DNA of 64,000 nucleotides from Hydrogenophaga sp. (GTDB taxonomy: Bacteria; Pseudomonadota; Gammaproteobacteria; Burkholderiales; Burkholderiaceae_C). Position numbers and translations under genes: made by a program. The stretch is from positions 36,070 to 100,069 of the forward strand of contig JAABQK010000005.1 in assembly GCA_011391495.1 (NCBI GenBank), in the 5' to 3' direction. The notes beneath the pieces were generated by a model. The model searched no databases, was not told where the DNA came from, and worked only from the letters and a program-made list of their open reading frames with translations. Shown one piece after another: positions 35,807 to 46,140 of this stretch; positions within the stretch are counted from its first letter, which is position 1, and the number at the start of each line of letters is the position of its first letter.

Positions 35807-37416
35807 TGTGAAGTTCCCTCTGAACGTGTGATCTTGTTCCACACGTTGTACTTGCCCACCGGTTTGCTCATGGGCAGGCGCTTGATTTCCTTGAAGGTCT
35901 GGGCATCGTAAACGATGAGCGCACCGTCCATTTCCCACACGCTGGCGAGCGCGTATTGACCGTCCTTGGTGAACTCGATGTGGGCCAGGGTCTTGCCGGG
36001 CTCTTTCACCGTGGCCACGGGCAGCAGCGTCGCTTTGTCGATGATGGTCATGGTGTCCCTGGCGGTCGGACTCATCATCGAATCGGTCCAGGCAAAGCGG
36101 CTTTTTTCATGGCTGCGCATGAAGAAGCCCGGCCCGGGGGTGGGGATGGTGGCGACCGGCTTCCAGGTCTTCATGTCGATCACGTCGATGGCCCCGCCCT
36201 TCAGATTCGGTGATGCCAGCACGGTGGTGTTGTTCCACGCGAAGGTGATGCCCGAGCCCAGGTGCGGCATGCCGGCGATGGGCAGGTCGGCGATCTTGCG
36301 GCGGGCGTCGAGGTTGACCACCTGCGCGGTGGCGGCGCCGTCACCCGTTTTCGGGCGGGTGGCGCCGAGCACGTGGCGGTAACTCTGGTCGAAGAAGAAG
36401 TCGTCCAGCGGTTCGTCCAGCGGCGTGCGGCGCACGCCGAGGAAACCGGGCTTGGCGATGGCTTCGCCCATCTTGTAGTCGTGCACCAGGCCATCAAAGA
36501 TAGGCTCGGCCTTGGGGTTGTACGAAATCTCCCAGAGTTCGGGAATGTCCTTGAGCGCCACGACGAAGCTCTGGCGCGGCGTGGCGTCGTACACCGCCGA
36601 CACGCGCGATGTCTGCTTGCCGTCCAGTGTGGCCGCCGCGTAGGCCTGCTTGAGGTTCAGGTCGGCGTCGAACAGAACCACGCTGTGCGGAAGGTAGTTG
36701 GCGGCCATGACCCACTTCCCGTCACCACTCACCGCCACGTTGCGCATGTTGAGCCCGGCCCGCACCTCGGCCACCACGCGCAGGCGCCAGAGGTCGTACT
36801 TGGTGATCCAGCCGTCGCGCGAACCGAAGAACACATAGCGGCCGTCGGGGGTGAACTTGGGACCGCCGTGGAGCGCGAAGCGGCTCGGAAAGCGGGTGAT
36901 GACCTCGAACCTGTCGCCGTCGAGCAGGCTGATGTGGTGGTCACCGCCCTCCACCACCACGAACAGGTTCATCGGGTCGGCTTTCCACAGCGGCTGGGCA
37001 GAGTCACCCGCGGGCGCCGGGCTGAATGTGCGCGAGGCGCGGATGTCGGCCTCGGCCCACACGGGCGCCGGCGACACCGGGGTGCGGATGTGCGCGGCGA
37101 GCGCAGCGATGTCGTCGGCGCTGAGCTTGTCGGCAAAGCCCGGCATCTGCGTGGCCGGCCGACCCTGGGTGATGACCTTCAGCGCCTCCGCGGGGCGCAG
37201 GCGCTCCAGGCTTTCAGGCAGCAGCGCCGGCCCCATGAGGCCGGTGCGCTGTTCGCCATGGCAGGCGGCGCAATGCTGGGTGTAAAGGGCAGAGGCATTG
37301 GGGGCGGTTTGCGCGCCCGCCAGGTCCACGCCCATCCAGCAGAGGCCCAGCACCAGCGAGGCGCGGGCGACGTTGGCCAGCGTTGCGGCGGCGCGTTGCT
37401 TGATGGACTCAGGCAT
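35803..37416 (-). CDS. nirN: NirN, cytochrome c plus d1-type beta-propeller (dihydro-heme d1 dehydrogenase)
   Basis: CAACH, HGGPKF, MPHLGSG, KPVGKYNVWNKI..SEGTSH. Confidence 0.93.
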   Translation of the reverse strand: MPESIKQRAAATLANVARASLVLGLCWMGVDLAGAQTAPNASALYTQHCAACHGEQRTGLMGPALLPESLERLRPAEALKVITQGRPATQMPGFADKLSADDIAALAAHIRTPVSPAPVWAEADIRASRTFSPAPAGDSAQPLWKADPMNLFVVVEGGDHHISLLDGDRFEVITRFPSRFALHGGPKFTPDGRYVFFGSRDGWITKYDLWRLRVVAEVRAGLNMRNVAVSGDGKWVMAANYLPHSVVLFDADLNLKQAYAAATLDGKQTSRVSAVYDATPRQSFVVALKDIPELWEISYNPKAEPIFDGLVHDYKMGEAIAKPGFLGVRRTPLDEPLDDFFFDQSYRHVLGATRPKTGDGAATAQVVNLDARRKIADLPIAGMPHLGSGITFAWNNTTVLASPNLKGGAIDVIDMKTWKPVATIPTPGPGFFMRSHEKSRFAWTDSMMSPTARDTMTIIDKATLLPVATVKEPGKTLAHIEFTKDGQYALASVWEMDGALIVYDAQTFKEIKRLPMSKPVGKYNVWNKITRSEGTSH

Positions 37417-38776
37417 GACCGGCCTCCTGATGGAGGATGTGCACCTTGCGGAAAGGCGAGAGCGCGAGACGATCGGCGTCGCTGCCCGCCACCGCGCCGA
37501 TCTCTTCGTCGGTGAGATAGCAGCCCGGGTCTTCGGCCCAGGGGTTGCCGGTCAGTTGCTGGGCGCGGGTGCGGGTGTTGCCGCCGCAGATGGCGAAGTG
37601 CCGGCAATTGGCACAGCGGCCTTCCACCGGCCGGGGAAACGCTTTCAGGCCCGCCATCAGGGGCTCGCTGGTGTCGCTCCAGATCTGTGAGAACGGGCGC
37701 TGGCGCACGTCGCCGATCGTGTGGTGCCACCACATGGTGTCGGGGTGCACATGGCCGAGGTTGTCGATGTTGGCCACGTTGACACCGCTGCTGTTGCCGC
37801 CCCAGGCCACCAGACGTTCACGCAGCGCGTCGGCCCAGCGAGGAAAGCGGGCCTGCACCCACTGCAGCAGGTAGGGGCCGTCGGCGTCGTTGTTGCCGGT
37901 CACGTACTCTTCGTCCAGCCCGCGGCAGGCGGCGTCCCAGGCGCGTTCGTACAGCAGGTCGAGCGCCTCGCGCGTGGCGAGGTGCTGCGCATCCTGACCG
38001 CGGTGGATGTTGCCGCGGCCGGCGTAGTTGAGGTGTGAGAAATAGAACTTGTCCACCTGCTCGCTGCGCATCAGGTCCAGCAGCGGCGCGAAGTCGTGCG
38101 CGTTGAGCGCGGTCATGGTGTAGCGCAGACCCACCTTGACGCCACGCGCGTGCAGCAGGCGCACAGCCGCGAGGCTGCGGTCAAAAGCGCCGTCGAGCCG
38201 GCGGAACTTGTCGTGCGTTTCGCGCAGGCCGTCCAGGCTGATGCCCACGTAGTCGAAGCCTGTGGCGGCTATTCGGTCGGCCATGGGTGCGTCGATCAGC
38301 GTGCCGTTGGTGGACAGGCCGGTGTAGAAGCCCATCGCGCGCGAACGTTCCGCGATGTCGAAGATGTCGGGCCGCATCAGCGGCTCGCCGCCGGAGAGGA
38401 TGAGCACCGGCACGCGAAAGGCCTTGAGGTCGTCCATCACGGTCACGACTTCGTTCCAGCTCAGTTCACCGGCGTATTCGTGGTCGGCAGAGAGCGCGTA
38501 GCAGTGTTTGCAGGTGAGGTTGCAGCGACGGATCAGATTCCAGATCACGACGGGACCTGGGGCGTGGGCCACCCCTGCCGGGCTTCGCCCGACCCCCTCA
38601 AGGGGGCGACGCTGGCCGTCTGGCAAAGCCAGCCCGGCGGCGTCCTGGGTCGAGCTGCCTTTCGCGTCAGAAGTGTTTCTCCCTGGCTGCTGCCGCACGC
38701 GGGGCGCGGGTATCGGGTACCGGCCGGTCTGTTCGGCTTCGGCGATTTCGCGCATGTACTGGCTGATGCGAAACAT
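37409..38776 (-). CDS. nirJ: Radical SAM heme d1 biosynthesis protein NirJ with an N-terminal repeat insertion
   Basis: MFRISQY start, GPVVIWNLIRRCNLTCKHCY, C-terminal auxiliary Cys cluster. Confidence 0.95.
   Translation of the reverse strand: MFRISQYMREIAEAEQTGRYPIPAPRVRQQPGRNTSDAKGSSTQDAAGLALPDGQRRPLEGVGRSPAGVAHAPGPVVIWNLIRRCNLTCKHCYALSADHEYAGELSWNEVVTVMDDLKAFRVPVLILSGGEPLMRPDIFDIAERSRAMGFYTGLSTNGTLIDAPMADRIAATGFDYVGISLDGLRETHDKFRRLDGAFDRSLAAVRLLHARGVKVGLRYTMTALNAHDFAPLLDLMRSEQVDKFYFSHLNYAGRGNIHRGQDAQHLATREALDLLYERAWDAACRGLDEEYVTGNNDADGPYLLQWVQARFPRWADALRERLVAWGGNSSGVNVANIDNLGHVHPDTMWWHHTIGDVRQRPFSQIWSDTSEPLMAGLKAFPRPVEGRCANCRHFAICGGNTRTRAQQLTGNPWAEDPGCYLTDEEIGAVAGSDADRLALSPFRKVHILHQEAGHA
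38570..38650 (-). repeat. Hairpin repeat family copy 5, in frame within nirJ (residues 43-69)
   Basis: Minus strand ACCCAGGACGCCGCCGGGCTGGCTTTGCCAGACGGCCAGCGTCGCCCCCTTGAGGGGGTCGGGCGAAGCCCGGCAGGGGTG = TQDAAGLALPDGQRRPLEGVGRSPAGV. Confidence 0.9.
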
Positions 38777-38791
38777 GGTGAGACTTTCGGT

Positions 38792-39274
38792 TCAGGAATC
38801 GGTCAAGCGCAATCCCGTTTTCTTCAGGATCGCGGTCGAATACAGGATGTCGTGGGCGCGGCAGCTGTCGCCGAGCATCGCGGCGATCTCGTGCGCCTGC
38901 TGCTCCACCTCGTCGCGGGAGCGACCATGCAGCATGGCAAACAGGTTGTAGGGCCACACAGGCAGTCGGCGCGGCCGGCGGTAGCAGTGGCTCACGCCGG
39001 GCAGCAGGCCGATGCGTTCGCCAAGGGCATCGACCACGTCGTCGGCCACGTCCCACACGCTCATGCCGTTGGCGGTGAAGCCCAGGCGGTAGTGGTTGGG
39101 CACGGCGCCGATGCGGCGGATGAGGCCGGCGTCGAGCATGGCCTGCAGGCGCTCGCGCACCTGCTCGCCGCTGATGCCCAGCGTGGCGCCCACCGCCTCG
39201 TAGGGCCGGGGCACCAGAGGCAAGCCCGACTGCGTGGCGCGGATCAGCCTGCGGTCCAGTTCATCGATGGCCAT
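38792..39274 (-). CDS. nirH: Siroheme decarboxylase subunit NirH
   Basis: Lrp/AsnC-like fold; GFTANGMSVW, SHCYRRPR..WPYNLFAM, ILKKTG. Confidence 0.9.
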   Translation of the reverse strand: MAIDELDRRLIRATQSGLPLVPRPYEAVGATLGISGEQVRERLQAMLDAGLIRRIGAVPNHYRLGFTANGMSVWDVADDVVDALGERIGLLPGVSHCYRRPRRLPVWPYNLFAMLHGRSRDEVEQQAHEIAAMLGDSCRAHDILYSTAILKKTGLRLTDS

Positions 39275-39761
39275 GCGCTTCTCCTGCAAGCAAGGGCAGC
39301 TTCAGCTCTACAAAGAACTCCCGCTCCTTCGGGAAGGCGTACACCGGCAAACCGGTTTCCGCTTCGATGCGGGTGACCACGGGCTCGATCTGTTCTGCCG
39401 ATTCGACCGCCAGCACGAACCACATGTTGAGCGGCGTGGCGCCGGGCCGGTCCGGGTGGGCCGATTCGCGGCGGTAGTTGTGCGCCACCTCGGGCATGGC
39501 ATCGAGCTGGGCCGCGACCGCATCAAAGCGCTCCTCGGGCACGGCCATCGCAGCCAGCACAAAGCGCCCGCCTGCGCGTTCGATCTGGAACAGCGGACCG
39601 AAGCGGGTGAGATCGCCATGCGCCAGCAGGTGTTGCAGGCGCTCGATCACCACGTCTTCGCCGCATCCCAACTGCGCGGCCACGTCGGCAAAAGGCCGGT
39701 CGCTCAGCGGGAAACCACCGTGCAGAAAACCGACCAGGCGGGCGTCATCCGGCGAGAGCAT
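39261..39761 (-). CDS. nirG: Siroheme decarboxylase subunit NirG
   Basis: FPLSDRPF, TRFGPLF, VAHNYRRE, NMWFV. Confidence 0.88.
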   Translation of the reverse strand: MLSPDDARLVGFLHGGFPLSDRPFADVAAQLGCGEDVVIERLQHLLAHGDLTRFGPLFQIERAGGRFVLAAMAVPEERFDAVAAQLDAMPEVAHNYRRESAHPDRPGATPLNMWFVLAVESAEQIEPVVTRIEAETGLPVYAFPKEREFFVELKLPLLAGEAHGHR

Positions 39762-40791
39762 GGGGCCCCTCCATCGGGGTGGGGTTGGGGGACAGGGTGC
39801 GGAAGCGGCGCGCGCCGGTCTGCTTGAAACGGCGGGTGGAGAACAGCACCGTGCGCCGTTGATCGGCGAGGCCGGCGGCCGGGACCACCCGTTCGATCAC
39901 GCCTTGCACCGCCTCGCGGCTGGTGCCGTGCACCATGCAGTACAGGTTGTAGGGCCACTGTTCGGCGCGTTCGCGCCGGTAGGCCAGGGTCACGCCGGAC
40001 TGGCACGCCAGGGCTTCGCCGCAGGTATCCACCAGGTGGTCGGGCACGTCGAACACGGTCATGGCGTTGGCGGCAAAGCCCAGCTCATGGTGGCGCACCA
40101 CAACACCGAAACGCTTGAGGGTGCCGGCGTCCAGCCAGTGCTGCAAGGTGTGGAGCACGTCACCCACCGGACGGCCCACCGTCTCGGCCCAGGCATCGAA
40201 CGGCCGGGCCATGAAGGGCAAGCCCTCCTCCGCCCGCTCGGCCAGCGGCCAGTCGGTGACGGCAATGGGCTCGGCGCGGGCCACGCGCTGCACCCGCATG
40301 GGCAGCATGGCGGTGGCGTGGCGCAGGTCAAAGCCGAGGTCGATGCGGTAGGCGCGCTGCATGCGCAGGCGCAGCGCGGGCAGGCCGGTGGCCCGCTCCA
40401 GCGCCTGCATGGCCGCTTCCACGGCAGTGGCGTCGCGCCCGGTCATGACGAACCAGAGGTTGAAGGCGTGCTCGCGCTCGTAGTTATGGTTGACACCGGG
40501 GTGGGCCGACACGGTGGCCGCCACGGCGTGCAGCCGCTCGGGGGGAACGGCCATGGCCGCCAGCAACCCGGCGCCCCCAGCCCCCGGCGCGAACACCCCA
40601 CCGATGCGGCTGATGGCGCCTGCGCGCTGCAGGCGTTCGAAAGCGGTCAGCACGCCGGCCTCGCTCTGGCCCAGCGCCTGGGCGATGCGGGCGAACGGCT
40701 CGCGCACCAGCGGGAAGCCGTGTTGCCAGGTGTTGAGCAGGGCCATATCGGCTGCGCTCATCGGGGAGAAAGAGGCATCGCGCGCGTTCAT
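39745..40791 (-). CDS. nirDL: Fused siroheme decarboxylase subunits NirD-NirL (heme d1 pathway)
   Basis: Two Lrp-like halves: VNHNYEREH..NLWFV and NAMTVFDV..WPYNLYCMVH..FKQTGA. Confidence 0.85.
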   Translation of the reverse strand: MNARDASFSPMSAADMALLNTWQHGFPLVREPFARIAQALGQSEAGVLTAFERLQRAGAISRIGGVFAPGAGGAGLLAAMAVPPERLHAVAATVSAHPGVNHNYEREHAFNLWFVMTGRDATAVEAAMQALERATGLPALRLRMQRAYRIDLGFDLRHATAMLPMRVQRVARAEPIAVTDWPLAERAEEGLPFMARPFDAWAETVGRPVGDVLHTLQHWLDAGTLKRFGVVVRHHELGFAANAMTVFDVPDHLVDTCGEALACQSGVTLAYRRERAEQWPYNLYCMVHGTSREAVQGVIERVVPAAGLADQRRTVLFSTRRFKQTGARRFRTLSPNPTPMEGPHALAG

Positions 40792-40794
40792 GGC

Positions 40795-41988
40795 TCAGAA
40801 CCCCACCCGCGCGGCACGCGCGGTGAAGAAGATGCCGCTGGGGGCAGGCACGTCCAGCCGCGCACGGGTCGCAAGGCTCTGCGTGTCGATCACGCTCACA
40901 CGGTTGTCGTCGCGGCTGCTGATCCACACCGCTTCACCGCGCGGCGTGAATTCCATGTGCAGCACCGCCTTGCCGGGCTCCAGCGTCTGCACGATGGTCT
41001 GGCTTTGCGTGTCGATGACCTGAACGCGGTGGTAATCGGGCACGGAGAAGTTCACCCACACCTGCCGGCCATCGGGCCGGGCCATCACGAACACCGGCTG
41101 CCCGGCCACGGGGATGCGGCCGACTTCGGCCCAGGTCTCGGTGTCGACCACCAGCACCTCGTGGCGGCCGATGGCGGGCAGGTAGGCGCGGCGCCCGGCC
41201 ACGGCCCAGCCGCGCAGGTGCGGCATCTTGTAGACCGGCAGCGGCTCCTGGCCCTTGCCGTAACCGCCGAGGATGCGCTGGACCTTGGGCTCTGCCGCCC
41301 AGAGGTCGAGCTGGGCCAGGCCGTCTTCCCCGAACAGGCCGGCGATGTAGTGGCGGCCGTTGGGCGTGACCAGCGCGTCGTAGGGCTGGCGACCAATGTT
41401 CTCGAACTTGGTGGTCCTGGGGTTTTTCGGGTCCGAACAGTCGGTGACCCAGATCGCGTTGGCGTCGAACAGGCTGTAGGCGAAACGCCGAGCGGGCAGA
41501 TCGACCAGACCGACCACCCTGGAGAGCTTGCCCGGTGCGTACTCGGCAGGGATGTCCGCCAGAAGTTCCAGTGTGCGCGCGTCGAACACCTTCACGCCAC
41601 CCGGCGTGTAGTTCTGCGCCGCCACCAGGGTGCCGTCGGCGCTGATGGCGCCGCCGATGGAGTTGCCCGCCTGCATGATCCGGCGGGTGATGCGGCGCTC
41701 CAGCAGGTTCACCTTTGTGAGGCCACCGTCGCGCCCGAAGACGTAGGCGAACAGGCCATCGCGCGAGAACACCACCGAGGCGTGCGAAAGGTCGCCCAGG
41801 CCGGGCACTTCGCCGATCAGCGCCTGGGCCGTCGTGTCCACGAGGTAGAGCGTGCCGTTGGCGCGGCCAATGACCACGCCGAGGTCGCCGGTGCCGCGCA
41901 ACGCGGGTGCGGCGCAACCGGCAAGGCCGCCGAGCGCGGCGAAAGAAGACAGAGTGGCCGCAGTGGCCAGCCATTCACGGCGCTTCAT
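40795..41988 (-). CDS. nirF: NirF heme d1 biosynthesis/transfer protein
   Basis: RR plus lipobox-like LAGC, GDLSHAS, NSIGG, YKMPHL, PSGIFF. Confidence 0.93.
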   Translation of the reverse strand: MKRREWLATAATLSSFAALGGLAGCAAPALRGTGDLGVVIGRANGTLYLVDTTAQALIGEVPGLGDLSHASVVFSRDGLFAYVFGRDGGLTKVNLLERRITRRIMQAGNSIGGAISADGTLVAAQNYTPGGVKVFDARTLELLADIPAEYAPGKLSRVVGLVDLPARRFAYSLFDANAIWVTDCSDPKNPRTTKFENIGRQPYDALVTPNGRHYIAGLFGEDGLAQLDLWAAEPKVQRILGGYGKGQEPLPVYKMPHLRGWAVAGRRAYLPAIGRHEVLVVDTETWAEVGRIPVAGQPVFVMARPDGRQVWVNFSVPDYHRVQVIDTQSQTIVQTLEPGKAVLHMEFTPRGEAVWISSRDDNRVSVIDTQSLATRARLDVPAPSGIFFTARAARVGF

Positions 41989-42338
41989 GGTGTTTTCACC
42001 ATTTCTTCAGGAAAGCCCTGCTGCAGGCGTTGTGCGATCCAGCGCGCCTCGGGCTCGCTGAGCATCGCCCGCCAGGGCGGCATGGGGGTGCCGGGCCTGC
42101 CGTGGTAAATCGTGGCGGCCAGGCTATCAATAGGGAAATCGGCCAGCGCCGCCGGTGTCAGGGCCGGGCCCAGACCGCCGGTGAGGCGCATGCCGTGGCA
42201 GGACCCACAGTCCTGCCGAACCATGCGCACCAGCGCCACCGCCCGCGCTGCGGCCGGCTCACCCGCGGGCTGCGCAGACGCAGCAAACGCCGGAGACACC
42301 AACAGCAGCGAAAGCAAAAAACGAAGGTTCATGGCCAT
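41985..42338 (-). CDS. nirC: Cytochrome c55X NirC
   Basis: QDCGSCHG..LTGGLGP, GRPGTPMPPW; exact start uncertain (42332-42350). Confidence 0.9.
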   Translation of the reverse strand: MAMNLRFLLSLLLVSPAFAASAQPAGEPAAARAVALVRMVRQDCGSCHGMRLTGGLGPALTPAALADFPIDSLAATIYHGRPGTPMPPWRAMLSEPEARWIAQRLQQGFPEEMVKTP

Positions 42339-42368
42339 CAAAAGACTCACAACAACGAAGTGACTTCA

Positions 42369-42451
42369 CCCAGGGCCCCGTGGAACCGGCTTTGCCGGGC
42401 CACCACGGCCGTCCCCCCACCGGGGGGAAGCCGCGAAGCGGCGCAGGGGGG
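42369..42451 (+). repeat. Hairpin repeat family copy 6
   Basis: CCCAGGGCCCCGTGGAACCGGCTTTGCCGGGCCACCACGGCCGTCCCCCCACCGGGGGGAAGCCGCGAAGCGGCGCAGGGGGG. Confidence 0.9.
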
Positions 42452-42453
42452 AG

Positions 42454-44196
<1,743 letters not shown>

Positions 44197-44306
44197 TCAG
44201 CTATGGATGTGGCCCGCGCACATGGGGGTGTGTGAACCCGCTCGCAAGGCAGCTGTCCATCACCGGTCTGCGAGCTGCGCACATGGTCGGGCGGCATGCG
44301 GGTCCT

Positions 44307-44328
44307 GTCCTTGAACTGGTTCAAGGAC
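44307..44328. promoter_or_regulatory. DNR/FNR-type box between divergent nirS and nirE
   Basis: GTCCTTGAACTGGTTCAAGGAC, a 22-bp palindrome with only the central 2 bp unpaired. Confidence 0.85.
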
Positions 44329-44383
44329 GTGGGCTTTCTGCCTGACAACAATGAGCGCCAGACAGAACCAAGGAGAGCGCCCC

Positions 44384-45241
44384 ATGAGCGTGATGGAACA
44401 CAGCCACCTGCTGACCCCGGGCTGGCCCGACGACGGAACGGTGGACGAGCGAGCGCCCGGCCTGGTGACGCTGGTGGGCGCCGGACCCGGCGACCCGGAA
44501 CTGCTCACGCTGAAAGCCGTCAAGGCCCTGCAGGCTGCCAGGCTGGTGCTGTACGACCACCTGGTGAGCCCGGCGGTGCTGGACTTTCTGCCGCCCGACG
44601 CCGACCGCGTGTACGTGGGCAAGGAGTCGTCGTGCCACACCCTGCCCCAGGCCTCGATCATTGAACTCATGATCCGGCTCGCGCGCAGCGGGCGGGCGGT
44701 GCTGCGCCTGAAGGGCGGCGACGGCTACATTTTTGGCCGCGGCGGCGAGGAGGCCCAGGCGCTGGTGAAGGCCGGTGTTCCCTTCACCGTGGTGCCCGGC
44801 CTCACCGCCGCACAGGGCGCTGCCGCCTCGGTGGGCATTCCGCTCACCCACCGCGACCATGCCTGCTCGCTCGTGCTGACCACCGGCCACCTGCGCGACA
44901 ACACCGGCCTCGACATGGACTGGCCCATGCTTGCGCGATCGCGCCAGACCGTGGTGCTCTACATGGGCGTGAGCAACCTGCCCGAAATCTGCCGCCAGCT
45001 GGTGGCCCACGGCCTGCCGGGCGACACCCCGGCGGCACTGGTGGAAAAGGCGACCTTGCCCGACGAACGCTGCATCACCGGCACCCTGGCCGACCTGCCG
45101 GCGCTCGCGGTGGCCCACGGCGTGAAGCCCCCGGCGCTGATCATGGTGGGCGGGGTGGTGAGCCTGCGTGCGCAGTTGATGCCCGGCACTGGCGCCGCTG
45201 CCCACCGGGGTGACCGCACCCCGGCGCACGCTCTGGCCTGA
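44384..45241 (+). CDS. nirE: Uroporphyrinogen-III C-methyltransferase for heme d1
   Basis: VGAGPGDPELLT, RLKGGD..IFGRGGEE; divergent from nirS. Confidence 0.88.
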   Translation: MSVMEHSHLLTPGWPDDGTVDERAPGLVTLVGAGPGDPELLTLKAVKALQAARLVLYDHLVSPAVLDFLPPDADRVYVGKESSCHTLPQASIIELMIRLARSGRAVLRLKGGDGYIFGRGGEEAQALVKAGVPFTVVPGLTAAQGAAASVGIPLTHRDHACSLVLTTGHLRDNTGLDMDWPMLARSRQTVVLYMGVSNLPEICRQLVAHGLPGDTPAALVEKATLPDERCITGTLADLPALAVAHGVKPPALIMVGGVVSLRAQLMPGTGAAAHRGDRTPAHALA

Positions 45242-45358
45242 AGCCGGGAGAAGGTAGCCACGCGCCGATGCGCTGGCGGGGGATGTCATGCGTTCTAATG
45301 CCGGGGTTTGCGCTGCACGACGGCGCGCCCACCCGTCTGAACTCCTGGAGCGTCCCGC

Positions 45359-46051
45359 ATGGCTTCCCCCCTTCGCATCATTTCGTCCATGGCCACCAAG
45401 CAGGTGCTGGCCGAGCTCATCGCCCAGTACCAGCAGGCCCACCCTGGCGTGGAGATCGCGCTCGAATCCGTCGGCGGTGTGGACGCCGCCAAGCGCGTGC
45501 AGGCCGGCGAAGGATTTGACATCGTGGCGCTCGCGTCCAACGCGGTGGACCAGCTGACCGCCAGCGGGCACATCGCCGCCGGCAGTCGGGTGGACGTGGT
45601 GCGCTCCGGCGTGGCGCTCGCGGTGCGCGCGGGTGCACCGCACCCGGACATCTCGACCGAAGCCGCCCTGAAGGCCGCCGTGCTGGCCGCCCCGACGCTG
45701 GGCTACTCCACCGGCCCGAGCGGCGTTCAGCTGGCCCGGCTGTTCGAGCGCTGGGGCATCGCCGGGCAGATCCAGGACCGCATCGTGACCGCGCCGCCCG
45801 GCGTGCCGGTGGGTTCGCTGGTGGCCTCGGGTGAGGTGGCGCTGGGCTTCCAGCAGCTGAGCGAACTGCTCGGCTTGCCGGGCATTCACCTGCTCGGGCC
45901 GATGCCGGAACCGGTCCAGATCATCACCACCTTCTCGGCCGGCCTGGCCACCACCTCGACCCAGCCCGAAGCGGCCCGCGCCCTGCTCGGCCACCTGGCC
46001 TCGCCGGCCACGGCGGCGATCAAACAGCGCCACGGCATGCAGGCCGCCTGA
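45359..46051 (+). CDS. ModA-like substrate-binding-fold protein without signal peptide
   Basis: PDIST..ALK, YSTGPSG, GEVALGFQQLSEL, GPMP..VQ pattern. Confidence 0.75.
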   Translation: MASPLRIISSMATKQVLAELIAQYQQAHPGVEIALESVGGVDAAKRVQAGEGFDIVALASNAVDQLTASGHIAAGSRVDVVRSGVALAVRAGAPHPDISTEAALKAAVLAAPTLGYSTGPSGVQLARLFERWGIAGQIQDRIVTAPPGVPVGSLVASGEVALGFQQLSELLGLPGIHLLGPMPEPVQIITTFSAGLATTSTQPEAARALLGHLASPATAAIKQRHGMQAA

Positions 46052-46079
46052 GACCCACCCGCCTCGATCCAACCCGCTG

Positions 46080-46095
46080 CGGCACGGATGTTGCT
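46080..46095 (+). promoter_or_regulatory. sigma54 (-24/-12) promoter of nasR
   Basis: CGGCAC-GGATG-TTGCT, 45 nt before the ATG. Confidence 0.7.
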
Positions 46096-46140
46096 GCAGG
46101 CACGGAACCGCCGGTAGACCACCGGCTTCAAACCCTTCTC

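Noticed and set aside
42339-42453. nirM pseudogene between nirS and nirC
   Set aside because: The interval is filled by repeat copy 6 and shows no CxxCH remnant. nirM is absent from many nir clusters.
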